From contig OZ316892.1 of NCBI GenBank assembly GCA_973895155.1, positions 16,039,040-16,103,039 on the forward strand: a stretch of DNA of 64,000 nucleotides, read 5' to 3'. The notes below the pieces were generated by a model. The model worked only from the letters and a program-made list of their open reading frames with translations, did no database searches and was not told the DNA's origin. Below, in pieces: positions 24,031 through 35,735 of this stretch (the first letter of the stretch is position 1; the number at the start of each line of letters is the position of its first letter). The translations under genes and the position numbers were made by a program. This stretch comes from Marsupella aquatica (Eukaryota; Plantae; Marchantiophyta).

Positions 24031-27000
24031 TCATAAGCCATTCAAGTTCTGCCTCTCCAGCACAAGCCTGACTTCGCCTAAAGTCAAAATAGATTGGCTG
24101 CAAAGAGTCGACTCCTCAATCTCAAGTTTGAAAACATTTATGTACACCCAGTATAGATGTTTGCAAGGCATGTACGACTTGCCACGCGAATGTCGGAGGA
24201 AGAAGTCTTCACAAGAGCAAGCGGGGAAGATACAGATTTGGACGAAGTATGTGCTTGGTGATCGATGGTTCTCATGGGTTCGAATTCGAAATTGCTTTCC
24301 AAAAGCATTTCCGGTCTGAACATTCCATTCCCCATCCAAACTCATCACTTCTTGTCGTGCAGACTCCATTCGCTTCGTGTGACCCACAGTGAGATTAGAC
24401 TGAGGCCTTGAGTTCCTCCCATTTCGACTACCAAGTCGGAGATTCGGCTCCAAAAACCTTATTGTTTCTGGGAACATGTTAACATTTATCCTGAGGTCAA
24501 AAGCAGATGGCGCAGATTGACTCAATCCTGTTGTTCACGCTAATACAAGTCCTTGCTCTTCCAGGAATGTAATTTCAGAAGGAGACAGGCTTGTACCCTT
24601 CAGAACAGGCAAAATGTCAGGAAAAGGAGGAAGCTTCTGAACACCACGACGCGGATGACTCTTGTAACACGCTTGGTTCGGGAAAAACCAAATCATTTCG
24701 GAGATGGGTTCGCCCCTGAAGAGACGATGGCCCTTCATGACAATTCTGACAACACCTTCAGACGAATGGAAGCCAACCTTCTTGATACGATTTCGACACT
24801 CATCGCGATCCAAACTCCCATTCAGTGTACCATTGCATTGCGGACCTGCTCCATACTTCGATGTCCGTCGCAACTGCCACTGCCCCGGAGGGACATCCTT
24901 CTCTAGCACAATCGTGCGTGGAAGTTGATTCTGAAGTGTTGCTGGGGCACTGAGCGGAGGTTTTGAGGATCTTGTTGTTCGGGTTGTTTGAGGAGTATAG
25001 TCCAGTGAATCAGTATCACTCTCTGATGTGACCATACCTGAGAGATTCACCACCTTTGTGACAGGATGATCAGAACTTGAGGGAATAGAAGAAAAGTCAA
25101 TTCTGTTCAGGTTCTTCCTTTTCAAACCACGAGTATTTGGTGTGGTTATTAGAACGGTGTCATGCCGATGGGAATCTTGTGGAGAGACAGTCCCAGTTGC
25201 ATGTCCCTTCCTCTTCATTGACTTTGTCATTATATCTCCATTCAGGGGAGTACTTCTTTCCAAATCGAATTCTGCTGCGTTAGATAGAAGCATATTAGTC
25301 GCTTCTTCAAACAATCTTGGCAAACCTGCTTGATCGGCGGAACGGAACGCCAATTCCCATATAGTTGGCCCCTTCCCCCGGTTCAAGCCTTTACGGTATG
25401 CACTGTATCCGGCAACTTGAGACAGAGCACGGTTTTGGTCAACTTCGCAAGCTTCATAAAGACCGACCTTTTTCTTTGTAGCCGAGGCTTTCATGGACGC
25501 ATGCCTTGATTTTGACCCTGTACAGTTGGGGATCAAGGCACCTTCCTCAGCGCTTTTGCTCTGCCATACGAAAATGTCAACCATAAGTAGTATTATATTA
25601 CCAGCGCCCGGCACTGGCAACATAAATATGTAGAACAGGCCTGAAATACAATTTCAATGTTTAATACTGAATTCTAACTACATATTGGCTTCAATTTCTT
25701 GTACTACTTGTTTTGACGTGTATGGAGAAAATAACCAGCGCCTGGCGCTAATATGAAGTTGATGAACATTACAGTCTAGATAGATGGATGCCTTACCACT
25801 CGAATAAAATTGCCCCATTGGCGCCAGCGAACAACCCACCAAGATATCCAGCTTTGCAGCATCTTCAGCTTTCCGGGGACACAGTTTCCTGATTGCCACC
25901 ACACAACAATCTCTCGGGACACCCGGTATGCTGCCACAAATGATGGAGCATTTCTCAATTTCTCCCAAAGTCTCCGATGCTCCGATTGACATTCTTCCAG
26001 TACTCCTTCCTTGGAATGACGATGAAAAGATTGATAAAAGTGAAATGCATCAGAGCGCTCCCTCTCCGGGTCCGGGTGTCCACCAAAAAAAACATTTCGC
26101 ACTGCATTCCATCCAGCTTGTGCATTGTTGGCCATAAATCCTTGGATGACAACCTCCTGAAGTTCATTTTCTTTGCAAACCTCAATCATCACTCTCCATG
26201 CCTTTTCGAAGGACTCAGTGTCTTCACCTTTCAACTCGCATGTGAAAATTGTACACAGTGCACGGAAATTGTGGTTGTAGACGTGTGCGCTGAAAGTAAA
26301 CCAATCCGTGGTGACACGCTGCATCACATCAAAACTTACCCAGGCTTCTTCGAGTCTTCCACCCGGTTGCATCTGCCTCAAAAGATCCACACCGGAACCG
26401 TGACCTTTCACGGTCATTTTAAAGATGTGAGGCCTATCGTTCTGACATCCCTGACCTGGAAGCAAATACCTCTGGAGAAACAACACATGAATCCTCCTCT
26501 GCATTTGCGAGAGAAAATCTAATTCACCCCGACCTTTTTGGTCTATCCTAACGCTCCGACAAAGAGATGCAAACTTCTGCGGAGTGGAAAGGATCATCAG
26601 AGACTTCCATATTTCAGTTTCTTCGATATCGACCATGTCGTCAACATGTTCGCAGAGAGATTTCACTAAGGACCCTGTAGCAGAATTCAAGATCCCTGCC
26701 GGTTTTGACAGAGGATTGGCTTCATGTTTTTTTTTAATTAGATCCTCAGCTATCTTCTCCGCACTCCTACAGAAGGTTTTTCTACCTGGATGGTTGTGCT
26801 CACCTATATGAATTGCCAGGCGGGATATATGACTGCATGTTTCCGCATCAAGTAATACTTGGGGGTACATGTAAAACAAACGGGCAGGGCAGTACTTCAC
26901 ACAAAAAGGAATCTGTTCGCAGTAATGACAAACAACACCTCCCTCTTCGATGAAAGATCCCACAGCATACTGACCACTGAGCTTTGGAGTACCCTGCCAT

Positions 27001-27781
27001 GCCTTAGCATTTGCCTTCTTCTTCCTTTGGAAATAGTCGCAGGACTTGTTCCTGCATTCAATGAATCCTGTACAAGTAACCTTCCCAAACTGCCAAAGGT
27101 TTTTAGGATGAACAGTTGCAGTTGTTGGAAATATGCGTGTCCAAATGTAACAATCTTTGGCACGATCCATGTCCCTAAGCCTAGAGCCTTTAGAGAGCAT
27201 CTTATCAATGGGCGGCAACTCAACACGACGTTACCATTGTACTTAGTTGGCAGACAGGACACTTGTTCATGCCTGAAATGACCCACTGATATGAACCGTG
27301 ACAACTCACTATGACCAGTTGATTTGAGTAACGTATCCATCGCACTGCGCCGGTACACGACCTCCAACTGCTTAGAGCTTCCTGGAGTCTCAGCTTTCAC
27401 GACAACAGGGAGTGGGCTTTTCTTCTTCGACGGTGGACTTAGAGTACGATCTCCATCCTCACTTGAAGAAATCTCAACCACATCACATGGAACCGGCGGG
27501 AAACTGGACAGTCCTGCATGCTATCTTAAACAAACCGAGTACGAGATCCCTACGTAGAGATGCCAAAACCGTTCACCATCATCGACATTGAACGTTGCAG
27601 CATCCTCGATATCATCAATGGATTCGAGCTCTCGAACAATGGCCTCAATGTCATTCATCTTCAAATCAAATCTCCCGCAGAGATACCTCTCCCGGACCTA
27701 CTTGTACGTATCTTCCATGGGGACGGGGATAGTCACAATATCTTCAGAACCGAATCGAGAAAGAACGATAGACCGAGACAT
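24031..27781 (-). pseudogene. MULE transposase: GCM/WRKY-like Zn domain + MULE DDE + SWIM finger
   Basis: Zn domain CTGFIECRNKSC...CHYC...CPAR...HIGEHNHP. Catalytic core WVSFDVM, GFMANNAQA, DAFHF and GSKSRHA. SWIM finger CSC...MPCKH. One frameshift near 27220, an intron at about 25563-25796, in-frame TGA at 24535-24537 and a TAG in the predicted first exon. Confidence 0.85.
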
Positions 27782-28743
27782 GGTGAACAAAAACAAAAAC
27801 CGAGGGCTATAGCGTTTGAAAGAAGAAAAGTTCATGGTATTGTTCAGCTTATATCTGTCGAACCTGGGAATTTGACGTTAACCGATCCGTTTGTATACGA
27901 CATAAAACATTGACGATGGAGGATCCGTTGGCACCATAAATGATTTTTGTCGTTTTTTCCTCGAGAAGTCCGGATGTCAGACACGAACATATTGCTAAAA
28001 AGATCACCAACCTTACTTAAACAGACCATAAGATATGACAAGGTATTGTCAAATTTTAGTAGCGCCTGGCGCTAACTAAAATACGCCACCAAAAATGTGT
28101 CTGAAATCTCGACATTCCAAACTAGCGCCCGACGCTAGTATAGAATAAATTCCCTTAAAATGAACATTATGACCACATACCAGGTGGTAATTGGGAATAA
28201 ATGGTGCCTTCAAAGGATGGTTTTGATTGATTATGGATGATAAATGAACATTTATACTAGCGCCGGGCGCTAGTATTACATTTGAGAAATATTTCTCCGT
28301 AAATGATGTACTGAAGGATACTTTAATAAAATATGGGGGTGGAAAGGCCGAAATTTATGTCAGCTCCTTCAAAAAAGACCTCTAAATTTCTTCCAGTTTA
28401 TACTAGCGCCGGGCGCTATTATAAGCATACTCTAAATTGTTCACCTTGATGGTCATCATTAATGCTAGCGCCCGGCGCTAGTATTGATATGATGTTAGGA
28501 AATGTCTTTAACGGTAACATTCAACGGTAACTTATGACTTCCGTGTGTGTTACGCATCTTCTACCGTTTGATTTTGGTAATTAAACCTTCCGTATACAGA
28601 CGTTGGAAACCGCCAAACATCAGAGCTAATGGCTTTCCTCTAGGTTATGTCATCCTCCCGCTAGAATATATTACACGTTCAGAGATGATTATAGTTCCAT
28701 AATTTCATTGTACGATAGTTCGTACGCTTCTAGAAGGAAGACG

Positions 28744-31700
28744 ATGGAGGTATTCCCCTCTTCTTCTAGAGGGTATAGTGTGGTTCCTGACCAGGAGCGA
28801 GCTTATTCTGAATCTTCGCAGTCTTCGTTTACTGGTTCAGTCTATACACGTCATGTAACTCGTTCCTCAAAGTTGTTGCCGCTCACTTCTGTCAGCGGTG
28901 TTTTGGGTCCAAATCCTTTGCGAAGAAAGATGGACAACGTAGACATAATTGCGATCCAGGATGTTGCGGATTGCGCGCTTGCTGAGACTGATCTCATTTC
29001 GAAGCATGTCATGTCTTTTGGAAAGGATTCTCGTGGATTTGACAAGGAGCCGCCTCGAATCCCTCTGTGTCGATTGGTTCACATGGAGGTGGTTCGTACT
29101 CTGCAGAAAGACAGCTCTTCCATCGAGAAGCTGAAAGACTCTTTTCGTAGTATGGGTTACAACTCTTCGATAGGGATGCGTTTCTATGTGCAGCCAACGG
29201 ATGAGAACGGAATTGTTCTGACCTGTACCCAGGACATTCGTGATTCATGGGATCCAATATGGCAATTGGAGAACAAGAAGTTTGAGGCTGAATGCGAGGC
29301 TGACCCGGATTTTCTCGTCTTGAAGGATAAGATGTTCTCTGTATTTGATGGAAATCACAGGCTGTACTCCTGGACGCTTGTAACAGAGGAGAACCCGGAC
29401 AATCCAAAATATCATCCTCGTGTGCTCTGTACAATATTTAAAGGAGACAAGGGATCTCTCATTGAAATTGAGGCAGCTATGCACACCATGAATCAGTAAG
29501 TTCTCATGATTTCCAGTTCTTTCTTTAAATCTTGCGAGTGCTGTATTTACTAGCGCTCGGCGCTGCTTATACATGAATTGTTTTTCATGGACTCTTACTC
29601 TCAACGTTTGTTCGTGTAGGCTTGGCCAAGCAGTTGTAGAGCCTTCCTGGATCCTGGATGCAGACAGAATCAAACGAATTCTGGCGCATGACCTTGAGTA
29701 TTACAGTAAACTGATTGACCCGGGTAATTTCAAGAAGTTTGAAAGCATTCGGCTGAAAACTCGGAAGGGGTCATGGTATACGAAGAAGATGCCACAAGAA
29801 GCACTTGTTTACATTCTTTGTGAGAATAAGATAAAGTCGTACTCGCATCAATTCAAACTCGACATGGAGGCAGCGGAGGCTCAAGGGAGTCCATGGTCGG
29901 CGGACGAGATTTCAAAACGGCATGCGGCCATGATGAAAGACGCAACCAAAGATTGGGCAGTGAAGTCTTCAAAAATTACGCCCTTATTAAGTCCTGAATT
30001 TGAAGATTTCCTCAGTACATGTGCAGAAATGTATGCTGTCACAGAGAGAAACAAGAGAGAGAAGAAGCCTGACACCGTTGTATGTACGATGGACCGCGCA
30101 CGATTGTTCACCGCTGTTTCTGCTCTAGACCCAAAGTTACGAAGCACTTTACTTGTGGCACATTGCAATCCTGAGCTGCGGAGACAGTTTTTTCACCCAG
30201 CAAGTGTTAACGATGATCCAGTCAAACAGTGGTGCCACACTTGGATCACTTGGAATAGTGTGGAGGGAATTGCTGCTGGCATGTTACATTCATGTCTACG
30301 TGAAGTTGAGCAAACCATGCCCGCGAATAGATTGGAAGAGTGGAATTGTAGTTCATTTGATGATCTAGTTTAGTTTGTTACAAATGAATTCAAGAGATTT
30401 GGTGATTCCGTGAAGAATAAGTTCTTTCACACTATGTGGCCTTCAAAGTACCCTGACAAAGAAGATTACACCCAGAGAAACCAGAAGCGAGCGAAGAGGT
30501 TTGTGTATAGGTTCTACATGCACATGGAGGTAACCAAACCTGATTACTTCTGGGCATATCCTGCAGCTTTTATGAAGTGGATTTCAATAAGTGAAGATGA
30601 TGCCTTGGCTGATTTGTACTCTATGTACCCCACGGAGGGCATATTTCCTCCGAGACCAATGACAGAATGGGAGAGAACTCACTGCCCCTAGTATCTAGAT
30701 ACAGATAGATGGGATTCTCCTTTTGATCAAAGGGAAAAAGATGCCTTCCATAAGCTTTCAAAGTCTCAGATACCAGCAAAACTTGTGTCCGACATGAAGC
30801 AGGGTCTACTTGACGATGTAGACAAGTCTGCCACAAACTTGCAAACTATCTGTGAAACAACTATTGTGCATGTGGACCGGAGTCGCAAACCTCGTGCGAA
30901 AGCCAAAGCGGAGCTAGCAGCACCGAGCGAGTCTACTAAATCTGGAAAGAAGAGTAAGTATTGCTATCCATGATTTTGCCAGCGCCATGCGCTGGCAAAA
31001 GAATTCCGTTGAGGGTATTCTCTTTCTTGGTTATTAGGCTTCGGTTGCGACTTAAGTGAATTGCATTTGGTTAGCGCCAGGCGCTAGCTTCTTTCAATAC
31101 TTTAAAAGTACTTATTCTAACTACGACCTGGTTATATTTTAGGAGGGAGGAAGTCTAATACGGTGGGAACGAGAGATACTAAAAAGGATGCTACACCTGA
31201 AGTTTCCGAGGCAAACACGGGAGCTCGATCGGACCCCATTACTCCAGTCGACAAAGGGAAGGTTATAGTTCCTATCGACGCCACGAGTACCAGGAAGAAA
31301 TGAAAGAGAGCTGTCGAAGGTGGACAATCTTTAAGGGAGAGTGTTATAGCTTCTGGTTTCCAACGTGAAGTTGGAAACTTCAAAACAACTGTGTCTCGCC
31401 ATTGCATGGTTGAGACAAGCCTTTCTGAATTTTTTGACTCGACGTTCAACAAGGAGGAGAAGCCCGAGTGGGTTAGTGATGTGGAGAAATGGGGAAAAGA
31501 CCTCGTTAAATTGGGATTTAAAGAGAAGGGAGTTGTTCGGGGGGGAAAAGTAAGATCGTTTGGAGTGGATGCCGGCTTCATTTACCTACCGACCGGGTTC
31601 AAACCATCTATCATTGATAAGAAGGTTCCTAAATGGAACATTCCAGATCACTCAATGGCGAGATCTTTTTTCAAATCCATGGATCCATTTTTATCAGATG

Positions 31701-32419
31701 ATGGGTTCCTTGTAATTCTACACAATGGGGAGTACGATCCCATGTCGCAAGTCATTGCTGCCTGTCAGGAGTCAAGGAAATTTTAGTGTATATGCTCGCA
31801 TAATGTTGTGATGTCTGACCCGATGTATGCGGCAAAGACAGACCGAGAGATGTTTACCCTCAGGCTCGACATATTTGGCCGAATTAATGGGAAATGTAAA
31901 ATTTCCAAAGACCCCAAATTTCGGCCGCTGTCCATCAGTGAGGACCCTTCGGTTACCAATTTGATCGGACTCTCTTCGCTCAAATCAGATCCATTCCCGC
32001 AAATGGAGTTTGCTGGAAATGCTCGTCTGTCTGTGGGTTTTATGCAATCTGTTATAGAGCTTGTCACACGGCCTCGTGATATTTTTATGGATTGGACTGC
32101 TGGGGCTGGAGGCTCTTACATTGCTGGCGACTTCTCTGGACGATTTGTACTCGGGATAGAACACCGGAAAGAATTTATTGAAACCGCTTCAAAGGTTTTC
32201 ATGGATTTGTTGTCTCCCAAAGAGATTGCAGTGTTACCTCCACCTGTTCCTACTGCCGACAGAAAAAAGAGAGATAAGCTTCGGTCGGTTCTCAATTTTG
32301 ATTCTGATGATGAATCGAGTGAAGGTGAAGAGGAACAAGGTACAAGAAACTTTGAGGAGGAAAAGGGAGAGCATCGTGCAGCTGCAGATGAAACCGATAG
32401 TGATGACTCTTCCGAGTAA
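28744..32419 (+). pseudogene. Three-exon gene for a ParB/Srx-like domain + beta-class N4C/N6A DNA methyltransferase-fold fusion (~1120 codons, 4 nonsense codons)
   Basis: Exons 28744-29495, 29620-30953 and 31143-32419 join in frame through GT-AG introns (3363 nt). ParB-like motif FSVFDGNHRLYSW. MTase motifs VDAGFIYLPTG, FLSDDGFLVILH and VIELVTRPRDIFMDWTAGAGGSYIAGDFSGRFVLGIEHRKEF. Stops at 30371, 30689, 31301 and 31784. Confidence 0.8.
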
Positions 32420-33429
32420 TGTTCATAAACTCGTAAGCTTCTTTCTCCATTCCCGTCAATTCATAACATTTCTTTTGTTGTTTTGGGGAAAGGTGCCTTA
32501 CAAAATGGACTTTGTTATATCAAGTCAGAGTGGAATGCAAGGAGACGATTCAAACTGCGGAGGAAGATCGCAAGACACAACGTAGAAACACCGGAAAAAC
32601 CGTTTGTTCTTCCCTCCTATGCAGAGAAAGCCGCAAGGAAAGCAGAAAGTGCAAGGACACTTTGCTGGGAAAACAAAGGTCTTCGGTTACGAAGGGGTGT
32701 TGACCGAAAGTTCATTAAACATCCTTATGTTGATGACTTCTCCCGCAGCCAGTACGTAGATGATGAGGTTGTGTCCACGGACAGATCCCAGAGTACAGAT
32801 TCTGGTTCCGAGTCAGAATCTTCGGAACCTTGAGAAGTAGTGGGTAGTTGAGGCTAAATCTTTTAGCAGCGCCCGGTGCTTGTAACAAGTGTATTATTTC
32901 CCTCTGCTGAGGGTCCTTTGAAATTGTTGATTTCTCTCTACTTGTTGATTACTTTTGACTTCTGTTCTTTACAAGCGCCTGGCGCTCGCCAAATGGAATC
33001 TCTAAATGGCCGTTTAGTCAGTCGTCGGATTGTGTTCTTTAGTCAGTCGTCGGAAAACCGTTGGGGACCATAGTTTAGGGACCGGGCGGAAGGGACGACT
33101 ATAGTTTCCATTTAGGTTTGTTCGGGACGACGAGAGTTGGGGACGTCGATAGTTGAGGACGACGATAGTTTTGGGAAGACGATAGAACGGGACGTTAGAG
33201 CAGGGCGAGAGAACGGGTCGATACCGGTTACCAAGGCGAAGATAGTTTTGGGAGGCAATAGAACGGGACGATGATAGTTTGATGGTCGTTTCGGAATGGT
33301 AGTGTACGCGGACCTTTATCTGGCGTCTTAGTCTTCGCGGACCTTTCTTTGACCTTTGTCGGCTATAGCACTCGCGGATGACGTTCTTACGGGAGGAGAG
33401 GTTACATATTAGATCGGGATCTTTGGAAC

Positions 33430-33891
33430 ATGGCGAGTCAGTATGAGCCAATGGATTGGGAGGCAGCTTTTCGTCCTTCTCGTGTGCGTCCAGAAGAGAG
33501 CCATTTCAGCTCTTTTGAATCGCGGATGGAGACTGAAGAAACTGAAACTTCCACTTTTCAGAACCGTCATGCTCTCCCGTATGATGAGGCTATTAGTCCT
33601 GGAGAGAAGAACATCCCTTGGATTGTCGATTCCCCTACGCCTCCGTTCTCTAGTCGGTTTTCGTCTCACTCGGGAGTTCTTGTTGATGGGGTACTCCCAA
33701 TCGATCGAAGAGTACAAGAAATGTTCGGGCGAGTTGATTTTAAGGACAGTAATATTCCTAATGAACATTTTACGAGGGCTGTTCATCGAGGACCTTCAGA
33801 GGGATACGTTCGTTTGCGTGGTCTCGGCTTCAAGAAAGATCGGCGGAGAGAAGCAGCAGGAGTGGATGATGATTGCAACTCAGAAAGCTAG
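33430..33891 (+). CDS. Hypothetical 153-aa MULE accessory ORF
   Basis: ATG-initiated, open, protein-like composition, and lies between palindrome copies. No recognisable domain. Confidence 0.35.
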   Translation: MASQYEPMDWEAAFRPSRVRPEESHFSSFESRMETEETETSTFQNRHALPYDEAISPGEKNIPWIVDSPTPPFSSRFSSHSGVLVDGVLPIDRRVQEMFGRVDFKDSNIPNEHFTRAVHRGPSEGYVRLRGLGFKKDRRREAAGVDDDCNSES

Positions 33892-34668
33892 ATGGAAATT
33901 TCGTTTTGCTGATCGCTTTAAGCTAGCGCCGGGCACTGCTAAAGTTTTCCGGATTTTGTGGCATTGAAGTCGACCTCAGCTCTGGTGTTAGGGTTTTCCC
34001 GGTTGTCTACTATTTAGGTTTTGGCTAGCGCCGGGCGCTATTGAAACGACAACGGATTTTGTGGGAGGGAATGGATCTTGACTATGTTGTCTGGGTTTGG
34101 ACGCATCTTGTCTCCAAGAAACGACTAGTTTTCTAGTTAGTTTTTGGCTAGCGCCGAGCGCTGTTCATGTATTAGTCGAAAACCTCCGACGGTGTCGACC
34201 GTGACTTCATGGATGGGATTTTTAGGCCAGATTGTTGATGTTGATAACTGCATTTTGTATCACTTAAGCCGAGCGCGTTTTCTATTTTGCCATAATATAT
34301 GCGAATGTTTTTTCCGGCCTTTCTTTTCTACTTGTATTTGTCTTGGATTTTGTGTATCTCAATTGGCAGCCGTCTTTTATGTTTCAAAAAATTGTTCCCG
34401 TGTTGTTCTTTTATTTATCACGAGGGTTTGGTGGTTTTGTTTTCTATTCTTGTACTTTCAAATGGAGATTTTGAGACCTTTTTTTAAGATCACTGTTCAC
34501 GACCATCCAAACACTGTTCACTGGTAACAGCTCCTTTTAACTGGTACCAGAATCTGTTTCTTGTTACTATTATCTGTTTGCTGTCGTTTGTAAATTCCCC
34601 CAGCATACCTAAGGAGATTAACAAGCGAACGAGAAAGTACGTCAATAACAAGCTCAAAATCATCAGAT

Positions 34669-35160
34669 TTGGAGGAGTCGCAATTGCCTCAACAAATGAA
34701 TAGTCCACCACGACCATCGGGGTCTGGTTTGGCAGGTCCTGCCCCGAGCCCGGTTGCACCTCCGCCAGTGCCCCCATCGGCTGTAGCTCATGCGGCCCCA
34801 GCTCCTCCGCAAGTATCACAACGATCAAGGTTCCATTACCGACCATTCAAAGGACGTCACGGGGACAATCCGGATGAATGGTTGGATGAATTTGAGGCCA
34901 CCACCAAAGCTAATGGGGAAGATGCCATTAAAATGATAGTTCTTCCAGGAGTAATGCGGGGAGAAGCCCACCCATGGTACAACTTGCTACAACCCGGAAT
35001 CACCTGGCCACAATTCCAGGCAGCATTGTTCCAAGAGTTTTGTGTGGTCGGAGCAGAGTCGCACTCCATGTTAAAAATTGGCCATCTTTGCATGGGGAAG
35101 AAGGAGGTCCTGCAAAAGTTCATTCAGAAGTTCTAGAAGCTCGCGGCCAAGATTTTTGCA
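34669..35160 (+). mobile_element. Ty3/gypsy gag (capsid) fragment
   Basis: PFKGRHGDNPDEWLDEFE...MRGEAHPWYN...TWPQFQAALFQEF...LQKFIQKF* matches retrotransposon gag. Confidence 0.8.
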
Positions 35161-35735
35161 CGGGTTTCCCATGGATATGCAATTTTGGGTTGCCCACGGA
35201 TATGCAATTCTGGGTCATGAATCCGCTCATATACGAACACTCTTCCTGGTGGGTTTCTGCTAGCGCTTGGCGCTACTAATATCTGTTCTTAGAACTTACG
35301 TTAAACTAACGGAAATATTTTGTTGTCAACGGTCATCCGCCACCATTTATCTCATATTTATCCATTGTATCAACGGTAAATTAATTCTATTTTGGAGGTC
35401 CACGTCATGTTTTCTTTGTTCAAGATGACTTACTTGCAGAGAAATAAGAATGTCAAACTTGAAACAATCTTGTCATTTCCTATTCTGTCACGTTGTTTGG
35501 GGTAATTAGGGTAAAATGTGTGGTTTTGGGTGACATGATTAGCGTTCTTGTGACTAATAGAGAAGGTCATCAATGCGTTAGTGAAGATTATCTTTGCAGA
35601 AGGTTTGATGTCAGGAGGAAAGACATTAAAATTTTAGCGACACCTGACGAAGGGTAAGCTCATTTTTATTACATTCTGGGAACTGCACGTAGGTGTCCAG
35701 TACATGCTTTCCCTCAAAGGAAAAGGGGTGGTCAG

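Larger units (their letters stand above)
23911..34163. repeat. Dispersed 15-bp palindrome TAGCGCCNGGCGCTA, 16 copies in non-coding DNA of the MULE
   Basis: Copies start at 23911, 25602, 25736, 28060, 28123, 28258, 28404, 28466, 29551, 30980, 31072, 32867, 32973, 33924, 34026 and 34149 (0-3 mismatches). Further copies at 35261 and 38594. Confidence 0.92.
23318..34600. mobile_element. Mutator-like (MULE) element, ~11.3 kb, with divergent transposase and ParB-methyltransferase-fold cargo gene
   Basis: Imperfect inverted ends GGGTATGATAGCCACGACAGAAAACAG (23318) and CTGTTTGCTGTCGTTTGTAAATTCCCC (ends 34600). CTGTTACC/GGTAACAG subterminal repeats. The ends resemble the 9-bp-TSD MITE at 38431. No matching TSD for this copy. 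Confidence 0.75.

Noticed and set aside
28060-28480. Clustered palindromes as a CRISPR array
   Set aside because: Repeats are only 15-23 bp, spacing is irregular (about 60-145 bp), no cas genes are present, and copies also lie in spliceosomal introns.
28744-32419. ParB-MTase gene as bacterial or phage contamination
   Set aside because: It has two frame-preserving GT-AG introns and lies inside a eukaryotic transposon contiguous with plant genes.
23309-34609. 9-bp TSD for the large MULE
   Set aside because: Left flank AGAGATAAC and right flank CAGCATACC do not match, so the two ends may come from a rearranged or recombined copy.
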